Origin: Candidatus Woesearchaeota archaeon
GTDB lineage: Archaea > Nanobdellota > Nanobdellia > Woesearchaeales > ARS49
Assembly (NCBI GenBank): GCA_038891615.1
Contig: JAWADY010000003.1
Span: forward strand, 65,834-129,833
DNA length: 64,000 bases
Reading direction: 5' to 3'
A program made the position numbers and the translations under genes. Position 1 is the stretch's first letter. Each line of letters begins with the position of its first letter. The notes under the pieces were generated by a model that worked only from the letters and a program-made list of their open reading frames with translations, made no database searches and was not told the DNA's origin. This document shows positions 39,243-49,046 of this stretch, in pieces.

Positions 39243-39863
39243 ATGAAACTCTTGACATGTTCTGACATTCACGGTTCACTCCCTGCGCTGAAGCGCCTTG
39301 AGGCCGTTGCAAAAAAAGAAAAGCCTGACTTTCTTTTGGTAGCAGGCGATATGACAATTTTTGAGCAGGATATTGAACAGGTTATAGAAAAGCTTGAGCA
39401 GATGCCTGCTAGGGTTCTTCTTGTGCATGGCAATCATGAGTCGGAAGAAATTGTAGCAGCGTTAGTCAAGCGTGGCAGCAACATTAGCTTTTTGCACAAA
39501 AGAATTTTTGAGTCAGATATAGGTGATTGGCTTTTTACAGGCTATGGAGGTGGAGGTTTTGCGCTTTTTGATAAGTCACTAGAACGCTGGGGAGAGAAAG
39601 CAGCTCGCGAAGCAGAATCAAATAGGAAAAGGCTAATTTTTCTTTCGCACCAACCACCTTATGGCACAAGGCTTGACATTGTATATGGTAGACATGTTGG
39701 AAGCAAATCCTTAACTAACTTCATAAAGCTTCATCAACCAGCACTTGTCGTTTCAGGACACATACATGAATGCTTTGGTGCTAGGCAAAGGCTTGGTAAA
39801 AGCCTGCTAGTCAGTCCAGGTCCAGAAGGGTTGCTGGTTGAGTTTAAACAAAAAGAGGGCTAG
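39243..39863 (+). CDS. Calcineurin-like metallophosphoesterase.
   Basis: MKLLTCSDIHG...VAGDMT...LVHGNHE...GHIHE motifs. The track start at 38973 was rejected because it overlaps the divergent gene by about 300 nt. Confidence 0.7.
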   Translation: MKLLTCSDIHGSLPALKRLEAVAKKEKPDFLLVAGDMTIFEQDIEQVIEKLEQMPARVLLVHGNHESEEIVAALVKRGSNISFLHKRIFESDIGDWLFTGYGGGGFALFDKSLERWGEKAAREAESNRKRLIFLSHQPPYGTRLDIVYGRHVGSKSLTNFIKLHQPALVVSGHIHECFGARQRLGKSLLVSPGPEGLLVEFKQKEG

Positions 39864-41180
39864 ATGTCGATTAAATCAAATCAAAATCAGCGAGCCATTC
39901 TTATTAATGGAGTACTCTGGGCAATATATGATAGCTTTACTTCTGTATTTCTAGCGGCTTTTGCACTTGCGCTTGGTGCTAACAATACCGTCGTCGGAAT
40001 CCTCGGTAGCCTTCCATTTGTTGCGCTTGTTCTTGCAGAAATCCCTGGAGCAAAACTTGTTGAGTTTCTACCACGCAAGGTGATATATGTCATCTTTTCA
40101 TCATTTTCAAGAGCTTCGTGGTTGTTGCTCCTTCTCGTGCCTTATCTCTTCAAGAGCAACCCGATTGCCTTTGTGTCAGTTTTTTATTTTGTGGGAAAAT
40201 TCTTTGAATGGTTGACTGACCCTTCTTGGACCTCTTTGGTTGCTGATATTGTACCAACAAAAATACGGGGCGAATTTTTTGGGCTAAGGCAAGCTGGCAT
40301 TGCTTTTGCAGGCATGATCGCACTCGTACTCGGCGGGCTTTATCTTGACATCTTCCCAAAAGGCAGATTCATAGGATTTTCATCGCTTTTCGCTGTTGGG
40401 CTTGTATTTGGACTTGCATCTGTTGTTGCGTTTTCCAGAGTTCGTGAACCAACCTATCGCGACCATGACCATCACAAGTTAAAAGACTTTTTCTCGCTTA
40501 AAGGAGAGCTAAGGAAATTTATGCTTATCATGGCACTGTTTAATTTTGCAGTTTTTCTTGCCTCCCCACTTTTCACAGTCTACATGCTAAGAAATCTTGG
40601 CATGAGTTACACCTTCTATGCGGCTGCAGCCGCTCTATCTACGCTTGTAAAAATATTGAGCTATAAGAGGCTTGGCAGGATTGCAGATAGGTATGGCAAC
40701 AAACCAGTTGCATTCCTTTCAATGTTTGGAACAGCTCTTGTGCCTTTGTCATTCATTTTCATAACCCCCACTAACAGGTGGTTGGTGGTTCCAGCACAAA
40801 TACTTTCTGGCATTGTTTGGGCAGGTATGGATATAACCTCCTTCACACTTTTGCTTGAATTAACATCTGCAAAAAGACGTGCAGTGGAGGTTGCGGAATT
40901 CCAGATTATAACAACCTTGCCAATCATTGCGGCTTCTATCTTAGGCGGTTGGATTGCTGATAATCTTGTGTTTGTACTTTCAGGCATACCCCTTGTCTTT
41001 GCACTTGCGTTTCTTCTTAGGCTCATAAGCGCACTTTGCCTTCTCAAAGTTTCTGCAGTAGCACAAAAGAAGTCAGGGACGATAGTGGAAGTGCTCAAGG
41101 AAATAGCAATAGACCCGATAAAGGGGCTTCAGAACAGGCTATATGTTTTTTCAAAAAGAATTGTTAGGCTTACTGTTTGA
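39864..41180 (+). CDS. MFS transporter.
   Basis: 438 aa with 12 predicted TM helices in a 6+6 arrangement. Confidence 0.7.
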   Translation: MSIKSNQNQRAILINGVLWAIYDSFTSVFLAAFALALGANNTVVGILGSLPFVALVLAEIPGAKLVEFLPRKVIYVIFSSFSRASWLLLLLVPYLFKSNPIAFVSVFYFVGKFFEWLTDPSWTSLVADIVPTKIRGEFFGLRQAGIAFAGMIALVLGGLYLDIFPKGRFIGFSSLFAVGLVFGLASVVAFSRVREPTYRDHDHHKLKDFFSLKGELRKFMLIMALFNFAVFLASPLFTVYMLRNLGMSYTFYAAAAALSTLVKILSYKRLGRIADRYGNKPVAFLSMFGTALVPLSFIFITPTNRWLVVPAQILSGIVWAGMDITSFTLLLELTSAKRRAVEVAEFQIITTLPIIAASILGGWIADNLVFVLSGIPLVFALAFLLRLISALCLLKVSAVAQKKSGTIVEVLKEIAIDPIKGLQNRLYVFSKRIVRLTV

Positions 41181-41217
41181 TTTTTGCGCGATGCAAAGTT
41201 ATATAAACTGAAAACGA

Positions 41218-41721
41218 TTGGCCAGAGCAATGGAACCAAAGAGTGCGCTTTCTAGGCTTGAGGCGAGTCCTCAACTCAGAAACTGGAGACAGGCACACAC
41301 AGATAGCTTCTTGGTGCATGCATTTGTCATGCTTGATGAAGCAAACAAGGACATTGTGCAATTCGGTTTTTTTGACCCTAAAAAGGGCTCAATAACAACC
41401 TTTATGGTCACGCCAGAAGAGATTTACCTCCTTCCAGAATCAGAGATTCTTAAAACAGGTTCGTCGATTCTTCCTTTGAAGATGTCTGAAGTGCGGCTTG
41501 ATGCAAAAAAGGTGATATCCTTAGCAGAAGAATATCTAAAGCGTCATCACCCGAGAGAGCAACCAATCAAGAGTTTCTACATTTTGCAGCGCCTTGATAT
41601 TGGTTGTGTTTTCAATATAACTTATGTGACTGCTTCATTTAAGATTCTAAATATAAAGATGTCTGCCAGCACTGGAAAAATTCTTAGGCATTCTTTCGAG
41701 TCGCTAGTCGATTTAGGCTAG
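41218..41721 (+). CDS. Hypothetical cytoplasmic protein (167 aa).
   Basis: ORF only. No recognised motif. Confidence 0.35.
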   Translation: MARAMEPKSALSRLEASPQLRNWRQAHTDSFLVHAFVMLDEANKDIVQFGFFDPKKGSITTFMVTPEEIYLLPESEILKTGSSILPLKMSEVRLDAKKVISLAEEYLKRHHPREQPIKSFYILQRLDIGCVFNITYVTASFKILNIKMSASTGKILRHSFESLVDLG

Positions 41722-42084
41722 CTATTTTTGGAGCAATTGATTGGTAACAACACAACTTTTTTGTAATATATTTTTTACATCAATAGTGTTTAAATATTGG
41801 TTCTCATTTTTGCAAACAGGTTTTTGAGCAAAACTCATAACCAAAAAGAGGGTAAAAAAGAGGTGATTCCTCTCAATATGAAAACAAAGATGATAAAGTC
41901 GCAAAACAGAAACAGACCACAAAGACCTTCTATAAGTTATGATGTCATTAGGCACAACTCAACTCTTGACAACTTCCTGGTATTTGAAGAAGAGGAAGAG
42001 GAGCTCGCTGGATAGTTTTCCACTTCTTAAGAGGGGCAAAAGATTTAAAGGTGCTTTTTGGGGTGGTATTTCTGAGGTAGTTGG

Positions 42085-42825
42085 ATGCTAAACATCGAAG
42101 ACTGTTGCACCCTCATTAATGAAGGTCTAGCGCATAACGAAATGATTGTCATTGGTTGCAGATGCACTGTGAGATACTCTGGAAGGGCTGAAAGCACGCT
42201 AGCTGAGGGAGATAGGGTTGTTATAATAAAAAGAGACAAAACCTTGCTTATACATCAGCCTACTGGAAGTTTAGCAGTTAATTACATGAAACCAGGAAGC
42301 AGTCATAAGGCTTTTCTCGAGAAAGGCGTTCTTTTTATTAAATCTAAAAATCTTGCTTCAAAGGAGTGGATTGACATTGTCATTACCAAAGTTTATTTTC
42401 TTAACTCTGCCCCTCTAGAAGATTGTCAGTCAATCCTTCTTTCAGGCACTGAAGAAGATATGGTAGACATGATCCTTGCAAATCCAGAAATCATCGAGGC
42501 TGGTTTCAAGCCAGTTGCTAAGGAGGAGCAAACAAAATACGGTTTCATCGACCTTCTTGGGACAGATAAGAATGGTCAGCTTACTGTTGTTGAGTGTAAG
42601 CGCTATTGTGCAGACCCAGCAGCAGTAACCCAGCTTAGGCGTTATGTTGAAAAGGTCATGTCAAGCAAAGGGCTAAAAAGGGTTCGTGGAATACTTGCAG
42701 CTCCAAAAATAACTGCAAATGCTCTGCAAATGTTGCTTGATTGGGGTTTTGAGTTCAGAAAGGTGACCCCTCCAAAGTATTTTGAAGAGTTTGATACTGC
42801 ACAGTCAAGGCTTGAACGCTTTTAA
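42085..42825 (+). CDS. nucS: Endonuclease NucS/EndoMS (mismatch-specific endonuclease).
   Basis: 246 aa. N-terminal beta-barrel region, then a C-terminal RecB-like nuclease core with D...ExK (GFIDLLGTDKNGQLTVVECKRY). Confidence 0.75.
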   Translation: MLNIEDCCTLINEGLAHNEMIVIGCRCTVRYSGRAESTLAEGDRVVIIKRDKTLLIHQPTGSLAVNYMKPGSSHKAFLEKGVLFIKSKNLASKEWIDIVITKVYFLNSAPLEDCQSILLSGTEEDMVDMILANPEIIEAGFKPVAKEEQTKYGFIDLLGTDKNGQLTVVECKRYCADPAAVTQLRRYVEKVMSSKGLKRVRGILAAPKITANALQMLLDWGFEFRKVTPPKYFEEFDTAQSRLERF

Positions 42826-43296
42826 GCAACTCTTGAGCTACAAAGCAATTTCTTTTACTTTTTATTTTCTTATATCTCAAAAACATTCCAGTTGCTGAAC
42901 CTGCTTGCTGGGAATGCGGATTGGCTGCTGATTGCAATCTCTTTGTCAAAGTCGAGCACAATCCAGCCCGCATCGACATAATGTTGCCTTTGTGCAAGCT
43001 GGAAAAGCCTATCTGCTTGTGCTGGTTTGTCCAACAGCAAGAGAACATTTTTGTAATGTGTGGAAAAGAAAATAACCACGCCGTCCTTTATCAGCAGAAC
43101 ATTCACATTCGACATTGCACTTGCATTATTTTAAAAGTAAAAAAGCCCTTTGCATAAAAATCTGTGAATTCTGCAGAACAGATGACTGACTTTCAGCAAA
43201 TCCGGATTTTTTATGCGAGCTGGTAGCTCCAGCAACAATTTTTACATTGCTGCCAAAAATCTGGTGAAGCATGTCTTTTCGCTTTTTTAGTCATCA

Positions 43297-43617
43297 TTAC
43301 TTGTACTCCCGCCAAACATGTTTGCATCTGGTGCACTTATAAAACCTTGTTGCAGGTTCGTCAGCTGCTCTTGTTTGAACTTCCCATGCATATGCTTGCA
43401 TGTTGCCGCATTTTGGGCATCGCGCTTCAATAGCGCTTCCTATCTCTAACTCTTTTTCAACAACCTCGAGCTCGCGTTCTTGCTTCCCAGCCTTTCTGAG
43501 AATGACATCTGCAGCTCCTGCTGCCATCTTGTGACCGCAGCTTCGGCACACAAGATATGTCTCTCCAGCAGCAGTCTGTGGAAACATCAATGAGCCACAC
43601 TTTGGACAAAATCTCAT
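43297..43617 (-). CDS. tfs: Transcription factor S (TFS)/RpoM-like protein.
   Basis: N-terminal zinc ribbon (CPKCGSLM...CRSCGH) and a C-terminal TFIIS-type zinc ribbon with the acidic hairpin QTRAADEPATRFYKCTRCKHVW. Confidence 0.85.
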   Translation of the reverse strand: MRFCPKCGSLMFPQTAAGETYLVCRSCGHKMAAGAADVILRKAGKQERELEVVEKELEIGSAIEARCPKCGNMQAYAWEVQTRAADEPATRFYKCTRCKHVWREYK

Positions 43618-43635
43618 TTGAAACCTCTTCAGGAA

Positions 43636-44262
43636 TTACCCTACAAATGCTCTTGCGATTGAAATGAAGCCAATCTTTATCCATCCAAGCAGAGGAATTC
43701 TCGCAACAGCCTTTCCTAGCACTTTGTTTTCTGGAAGGGCTTTTTCATATTCTGCATTTCTTGGATTATGGTCGCCTTTTGTAACAAACCTCCTGCTGCC
43801 ATCAGCAAGTTCTTCTATTTTTACAACCCTGTGAATTATCGGATCAGCCCTGCTGTCTATTTTGAAAACAATAACTTCACCAACCTTAATCTTTTTTGGA
43901 CTGTAAACTATCATAAGGTCTCCTCTATTAAAGCCATTTGAAAATGGAAACCTAACAAATTCTTCTTTTTCTATGCCTATCCTTTCATACCACTCGCGCT
44001 GTGTGCAAAAAGCACCATTGCATTGTGCTGTTTGAGAGTTCCACCACTCATCAAATCTTCCATCGTGCTCCATTGAGCCTGAAACAACAGCTACAATCGG
44101 ATAAGCTGTTCCAAGGCTCCAACCAAGCACTGGATAAAAGACGAATTTTATTAGTACAAACGCCAGAACAAAGTCAGCAAGCCAGCTAAGAGGGTGGTTG
44201 CTGTGCCATAAGAATCTCCAAACCTTTTTGCATGAGTCCTTTAAATTCTGTAGCATGACCAT
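43636..44262 (-). CDS. Archaeal-type signal peptidase I (Sec11-like).
   Basis: N-terminal TM helix, SGSMEH box (VVSGSMEHDG) and a downstream GDHN box. Confidence 0.75.
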   Translation of the reverse strand: MVMLQNLKDSCKKVWRFLWHSNHPLSWLADFVLAFVLIKFVFYPVLGWSLGTAYPIVAVVSGSMEHDGRFDEWWNSQTAQCNGAFCTQREWYERIGIEKEEFVRFPFSNGFNRGDLMIVYSPKKIKVGEVIVFKIDSRADPIIHRVVKIEELADGSRRFVTKGDHNPRNAEYEKALPENKVLGKAVARIPLLGWIKIGFISIARAFVG

Positions 44263-44354
44263 TTTTTGAAGGCTATTTGAGGTGGTTAAAAAGCTTGCTA
44301 TTCAGTTAAACCAAAAAGCGGCACATTTATAATCTTGCATAACACATAAAAGTT

Positions 44355-44819
44355 ATGGATATAGAGACAAAAACTGGCCAGAAACCAGCAAGCTATTTTG
44401 AGGGGATTCTCCAGCTGAGAAATCCAACACCTGAGCTCATTGATTGGGTAAAGAAACGTATCACGAGTGATGCCAAAGCAAAAATCGCGAAGATAGTACC
44501 CTTGGCTGATGGTGTTGACTTTTATTTGAGTTCACAGCGCTATCTCAGGGCTCTTGGGAGACTCCTCAGACAGCGATTTTTTGGAGAGTTGAAGACGAGC
44601 AGAAAGCTGTTTAGCATTAGTCCAACAGGCAAAAGGCTTTATAGAGTAAATGTTCTTTTTAGGTTTTTTAATGTGAAGAAAGGAGATGTGCTCAAGATTG
44701 GCGAAGAAGAGTTTGAAGTCATTGGGCTTGACAATCAGGTCAGGCTAAAAAACATACGGACTGGTAAGAAGATTCGAAAGACAATTGAATTCATAGCCAG
44801 ATATCTCAAAGCGATTTAA
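44355..44819 (+). CDS. NMD3-like domain protein lacking the N-terminal zinc ribbons (tentative).
   Basis: YFEGILQLRNPT...GVDFYLSS resembles the central part of NMD3 (COG1499). Low confidence. Confidence 0.3.
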   Translation: MDIETKTGQKPASYFEGILQLRNPTPELIDWVKKRITSDAKAKIAKIVPLADGVDFYLSSQRYLRALGRLLRQRFFGELKTSRKLFSISPTGKRLYRVNVLFRFFNVKKGDVLKIGEEEFEVIGLDNQVRLKNIRTGKKIRKTIEFIARYLKAI

Positions 44820-45301
44820 ACAATCCTTGCAAGGACTTTTTTAATAGCTACTTTTTTCTTTACAACCTCTTCTGCAACCTTTTCTAAGAGTTCTGGCCTT
44901 TTTGCAAGCTTGGAAAACCTGCCAACCCTTTCAAGAAGTCCACGTACTCTTTTAAAGGCAAGAACGGCAGATGCAAGGGCATCCACCTCGTGAGCATTCA
45001 TAGGCCTGCTGTTGCGGTACCCTTTAACCAACCGTCCTTTTGCTCGTGCTGTGAGATTGCGCTCTGGGCTAATGATGGTTGCAGAATATTTTGCTGCAAA
45101 AGCCTCGATAAGCCCAGGAACTTTTTTTCTGTCACAGCCGACAATAAGTGCCTTGCCATGCCTTTCTGTTTCACGAACAAGACCATTAACCTCGAGATGT
45201 TTTTTTGAACCAAGGCATACAAGCCTACCTGAAATATCAAGCAGTGCAAACCCAACAGTTGTTCCAGGATCGATGCCTACAATAAGTAGCTTGTCAGCCA
45301 T
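44816..45301 (-). CDS. Predicted RNase H-fold (RuvC/YqgF-like) nuclease.
   Basis: N-terminal LLIVGIDPGTTVGFALLD beta-strand/Asp motif typical of RuvC/YqgF. 161 aa. Confidence 0.4.
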   Translation of the reverse strand: MADKLLIVGIDPGTTVGFALLDISGRLVCLGSKKHLEVNGLVRETERHGKALIVGCDRKKVPGLIEAFAAKYSATIISPERNLTARAKGRLVKGYRNSRPMNAHEVDALASAVLAFKRVRGLLERVGRFSKLAKRPELLEKVAEEVVKKKVAIKKVLARIV

Positions 45302-45310
45302 GCAATCTGC

Positions 45311-46036
45311 TCACTTGTTCTTTAGCACTATTACATTTGCCCGACCTTTCTTTATTTTTGTGATTTGGCCTTTATTCTCAAGTTCTGTTATTGCAAGTGA
45401 AATCTTTGCTTCTGAAAAAGGTATTGCCTTTCTTATCTCTTTCTGCGTGGTTCGTCCACCTTCTTTTCTTACAAACTCAAGAATTTGTTCTGGCAAATCT
45501 TTTTCTTTTGTCGCTGGAACAGCCTTTACTGCAGCTTCAGCTATTGTTTCAGCAGTGCTTTTTTTGCTCTTTCTCAGGCTTTTTCTCAACAAAAGGTAAG
45601 CGCCTACAAAAAAAGCAATTGCAATGAGAAGGTAAAGCGGCCATCGGCTTGTTTGTTCTTCGAAAGGTGTAAGTGCAATTGTGAAGTTCGAACCTGCCAG
45701 CTCTTCTTCTAATTCAAAGCTTGGCATGAGAATGAGGTCAATAATATAAACACCATCAAGACTAACCACGATTGTTTCGTTTGCAATCAACCCTTCTTTT
45801 GGATGTCTGGCTATAATAGCATACTTTCCTGGCCGAACATCGAATGAATAGCTTCCATTTTTTGCAACAATGAGCTGATTCGGAGTTGTATTTATTTCAA
45901 CAACTGCATCCAAAACTGGTTCTAAAGAGTAATCATAAAGCTTTCCAGTGATTGTTGCAGAGAAAACAGGCACTGCAAGAGCTGCGAAAAGGATAATCAT
46001 TACAATCAGTGTTCTGACTGCTTGAAAAGTTCCCAC
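45311..46036 (-). CDS. Membrane-anchored protein with an extracytoplasmic CarboxypepD_reg-like domain and a cytoplasmic winged-helix domain.
   Basis: Signal/TM helix, a beta-sandwich-like segment (ATITGKLYDYSLEPVLDAVVEINT...KNGSYSF), a second TM helix, and a C-terminal MarR-like wHTH (ILEFVRKEGGRTTQKEIRKAIPFSEAKISLAITELENKGQI). Confidence 0.5.
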   Translation of the reverse strand: MGTFQAVRTLIVMIILFAALAVPVFSATITGKLYDYSLEPVLDAVVEINTTPNQLIVAKNGSYSFDVRPGKYAIIARHPKEGLIANETIVVSLDGVYIIDLILMPSFELEEELAGSNFTIALTPFEEQTSRWPLYLLIAIAFFVGAYLLLRKSLRKSKKSTAETIAEAAVKAVPATKEKDLPEQILEFVRKEGGRTTQKEIRKAIPFSEAKISLAITELENKGQITKIKKGRANVIVLKNK

Positions 46037-46212
46037 AACTTGGGTTTATTTTTGTAATTTAAAAAGCTTGCTAAAGTCTTATGCGCAAAAATTCCTGCTC
46101 AATAAAGCTTCTAATGGCACATTTTTACCGGCGTTGTAAAGAATATTTAAATAGTTCAAATTCAAAACATACTAAGGTTTCAAAATCAAATTGGAAAGCA
46201 GGAGGTGCCAAA

Positions 46213-47427
46213 ATGATGTTTAAAACGCTTGCAGTTATTTTTGCTATTGCTACATTAGTCATTGGATTGCCAGCTGTTGTTTTTGCACACGAGGGGGAAA
46301 ATGATGATAGTTCTGGTCCTGGCGAAGAAATTCGTGTCATAGCAAAAGAGGAGAGGGTTGTTGCAAGCGCAAGTAGAACAGCTATACAGGCTGCGGTAGC
46401 TGAGCGCAAGGAAGCAGAGAAATCCTTTAAAGAAGCCCTTTCTCTACTCAAAGCAGGCAGGGCAAATACGTCTAAAGAGGCTTTTAAAGAAGCTATAGAA
46501 AAGATAAAAGCAGAGCGCGAAGCCTCGAAAGAAAAATTCAAGGAAGCTATCGAGGCCGCAAAAGCCAAGCGTGCCGAAGCCAGAGAGCTTCTGAAACAGG
46601 CAAGGGAGCAAGCAAAGTCTGACTTCGACAGCTCCAAGAGCGCCCTTGATGAACTTAAAGATGACCTAAAAGGCTGCAGAGGAAATCAGAGCGATGTCTG
46701 CAATTTGGTAAGGCAGCATGCAAAAATACAATCAAGAGAGTTTCTCCTGAGTGCAGCAGACAGGATTGTGATAGCACTCGAGCAGGCAAAGGAACGTGTT
46801 GCAGCATCATCAATTCCTGAAGATGAAAAAACTTTGGTGATAAGCCTTCTTGATGCAAGGATTTCTGTTGTCAAAGAAGCTTCTAAAAAAGCAGAAGCAC
46901 TCACAGAAAACAGCACACCTGAAGAGGTTCGTGAGGCTGCAAAAGCAATTCGTGAGGCTGCAAAAGCAGCTTTTGTAAGCCTAAATAGCGGAACAGGCAG
47001 GCTAATGAATGAAAAAATTCATGGAGTACTAGTAAGGTCTGAACAGCTAAAGCAAAAGCTGGAAGACAGAATATCAAAGCTAAAAGAACGTGGCTTTGAT
47101 GTTTCTACAATCGAAGACCTTAAGGCAAACTTTGATGCCAAACTTGCAGAAGCCCGCACAAACTACGAAAGCGCTGTAGAAAAGCTCAAGAACGCTTTGG
47201 TTCCAGGAGCAACAGATGAAACAATGAAGGCGGCAAATGCCGCACTTAAGGCTGCCCAAAAGGCGCTTCAAGATGCGCACCAAATTCTAAAAGATATTGT
47301 TGCCAAAATAAGAGAAAGAGAGGAGCAAGCGCCACTTAAAGCCTCACAGAAGGAACTTGAAGATACGAACCAAACTCTAAAACCACGACATGATGTAGCT
47401 ACCAGCCCAATAAGATCAATGAGATAG
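46213..47427 (+). CDS. Secreted alpha-helical repeat protein (KEA-rich, apolipoprotein-like).
   Basis: GGAGG Shine-Dalgarno 6 nt upstream of the ATG at 46213. Signal peptide MMFKTLAVIFAIATLVIGLPAVVFA. Repetitive K/E/A-rich helical segments. Confidence 0.5.
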   Translation: MMFKTLAVIFAIATLVIGLPAVVFAHEGENDDSSGPGEEIRVIAKEERVVASASRTAIQAAVAERKEAEKSFKEALSLLKAGRANTSKEAFKEAIEKIKAEREASKEKFKEAIEAAKAKRAEARELLKQAREQAKSDFDSSKSALDELKDDLKGCRGNQSDVCNLVRQHAKIQSREFLLSAADRIVIALEQAKERVAASSIPEDEKTLVISLLDARISVVKEASKKAEALTENSTPEEVREAAKAIREAAKAAFVSLNSGTGRLMNEKIHGVLVRSEQLKQKLEDRISKLKERGFDVSTIEDLKANFDAKLAEARTNYESAVEKLKNALVPGATDETMKAANAALKAAQKALQDAHQILKDIVAKIREREEQAPLKASQKELEDTNQTLKPRHDVATSPIRSMR

Positions 47428-47564
47428 ACAAAGAAGCAAAAAGCCCAGAGAATAAAACCTGACTAATTTTTATTTTATTTTTTAAGTTGTATAGAAAAAA
47501 GTTTATATACAACCTTCATTTTTCCAATAAAAAGTCCTACTTTAAGAACTATTGAGGTGAGCTA

Positions 47565-47819
47565 ATGAAAAAAGTTGTGTTCGTCTTACTTGTTCTTTTA
47601 TCTGTGATTTTTTTGGTCATTGCTGGTTGCAAGCCAAAGGTGCCAACAGCGCCTCTTCCTGCTGCTCAACCTCCAACCCTTGAGCCAACACCTGAAGGTG
47701 CCCAAGAGCTTGAACAAGACATAAATGCCATTGCTTCTGTTGAGCAAGAAATCTCTCCTACTGAGTTAGAAAAGCTCGAACAAGATATTGCCTCGATTGA
47801 GCAGTTTGAGACTGGATAA
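47565..47819 (+). CDS. Small lipoprotein (lipobox IAGC).
   Basis: GAGGTGA Shine-Dalgarno 8 nt upstream. Signal peptide ending LVIAGC. Acidic repeats (EQDI...IEQ). Confidence 0.45.
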   Translation: MKKVVFVLLVLLSVIFLVIAGCKPKVPTAPLPAAQPPTLEPTPEGAQELEQDINAIASVEQEISPTELEKLEQDIASIEQFETG

Positions 47820-47866
47820 ATGACTTTTAAATCAAGCTTTTATTTGCGCTTTGGCTCAACCAGCCT

Positions 47867-48970
47867 ATGCCAAAAATACAAATAGATGGGAGCTATGGCG
47901 AAGGCGGTGGTCAAATAGTCAGAACAGCTCTTGCACTTTCTGCACTGACCAAAAAACCCTTTGAAGTAACAAACATCAGGAGTGGTAGGAAAGAAAAGGG
48001 ATTAAAAAGCCAGCATCTTTACGCAATAAGGGCTTTTGAGCAGCTTTGCAATGCAAAAACAGAAGGCGCATTCCTTGCTTCTCAAAGGCTTTTTTTTGAA
48101 CCAGGAGAGCTTGTCTCAAAGGATATAAAAATCGACATTGGCACAGCTGGTTCTGTAACACTTGTGCTTCAGGCGCTCATGCTTCCATGCCTTTTTACAG
48201 AAAAAGCCATAAACATTAAACTAAGAGGCGGCACTGATGTTGCTTGGAGTCCTTCAAGTGATTATTTTAAGTATGTCGTTTTGCCACAGCTTTGCAGGTT
48301 TTCCAAAGAACTCGATATGAAGATTGTAAGAAGAGGCTATTATCCAAAAGGTGGTGGGCTTGTTGAATTTTACATAAAACCAAGATGGCATGTTTCTGAT
48401 TATGATTCTTTTGAAGACTTTCTTACTGAGCTTGCCACTTCCTGCCCTGCCATAAAGCTCGTTGAACGAGGAGGGCTTAAACGCATTATTGGGCTTTCAC
48501 ATGCTGCAGAAGGACTTGCAAAGGCACGTGTTGCCGAAAGACAGGCAGAAGCCGCAGCAGCCGTACTAAATCATTGCTTTCAAGGTATTAAAACAGACAT
48601 AGACATCCAGTATTGCCCTTCAACCTCAATGGGCTCTGGAATAACGCTTTGGGCAATCTTTTCAACAAAAGATAAGCAAAACCCAATCTGCCTCGGAGCA
48701 GATGCTCTTGGAGAGCGTGGCAAGCGTGCAGAAGCCGTTGGCGAAGAAGCCGCACAAGCCTTAACGGCTGAAATAAACTCACAAGCTGCTGTTGACAAAC
48801 ATCTTGCTGATACCCTCATTCCTTATATGCCTCTTGTAAGGCCTAGCAGGATTAAGACTTCACAGCTTACTTCGCATACAATAACCAACATTTATGTCGT
48901 AGAGCAATTTCTTGGCAAGGCTTTTGAAATAGATGAAAAGAATAAAGAAATATGGACTATGATGCAATAG
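47867..48970 (+). CDS. rtcA: RNA 3'-terminal phosphate cyclase RtcA.
   Basis: GSYGEGGGQIVRTALALSAL signature near the N-terminus. Length 367 aa. Confidence 0.85.
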   Translation: MPKIQIDGSYGEGGGQIVRTALALSALTKKPFEVTNIRSGRKEKGLKSQHLYAIRAFEQLCNAKTEGAFLASQRLFFEPGELVSKDIKIDIGTAGSVTLVLQALMLPCLFTEKAINIKLRGGTDVAWSPSSDYFKYVVLPQLCRFSKELDMKIVRRGYYPKGGGLVEFYIKPRWHVSDYDSFEDFLTELATSCPAIKLVERGGLKRIIGLSHAAEGLAKARVAERQAEAAAAVLNHCFQGIKTDIDIQYCPSTSMGSGITLWAIFSTKDKQNPICLGADALGERGKRAEAVGEEAAQALTAEINSQAAVDKHLADTLIPYMPLVRPSRIKTSQLTSHTITNIYVVEQFLGKAFEIDEKNKEIWTMMQ

Positions 48971-49046
48971 CTTGGCTGATACCACTTGCAGCGTGAGCTT
49001 AGATAAGCCCTTTTTTAAGCAAAAGAACCTTCACGATTTCTGTGGG

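Noticed and set aside
41797-42015. 72-aa ORF with an EEEEEEL acidic tail in an AT-rich intergenic region.
   Set aside because: No family recognised. Could be a small acidic protein but is equally likely non-coding promoter DNA.
42870-43115. 81-aa minus-strand ORF between nucS and tfs.
   Set aside because: No recognisable motif or translation signals. Could be real but unsupported. Left unannotated.
42826-43296. Searched intergenic regions (also 55028-55240, 60429-60713, 62400-62800) for SRP RNA or RNase P RNA.
   Set aside because: No conserved SRP/RNase P helices recognised by eye. Regions are AT-rich and look like promoter/terminator DNA.
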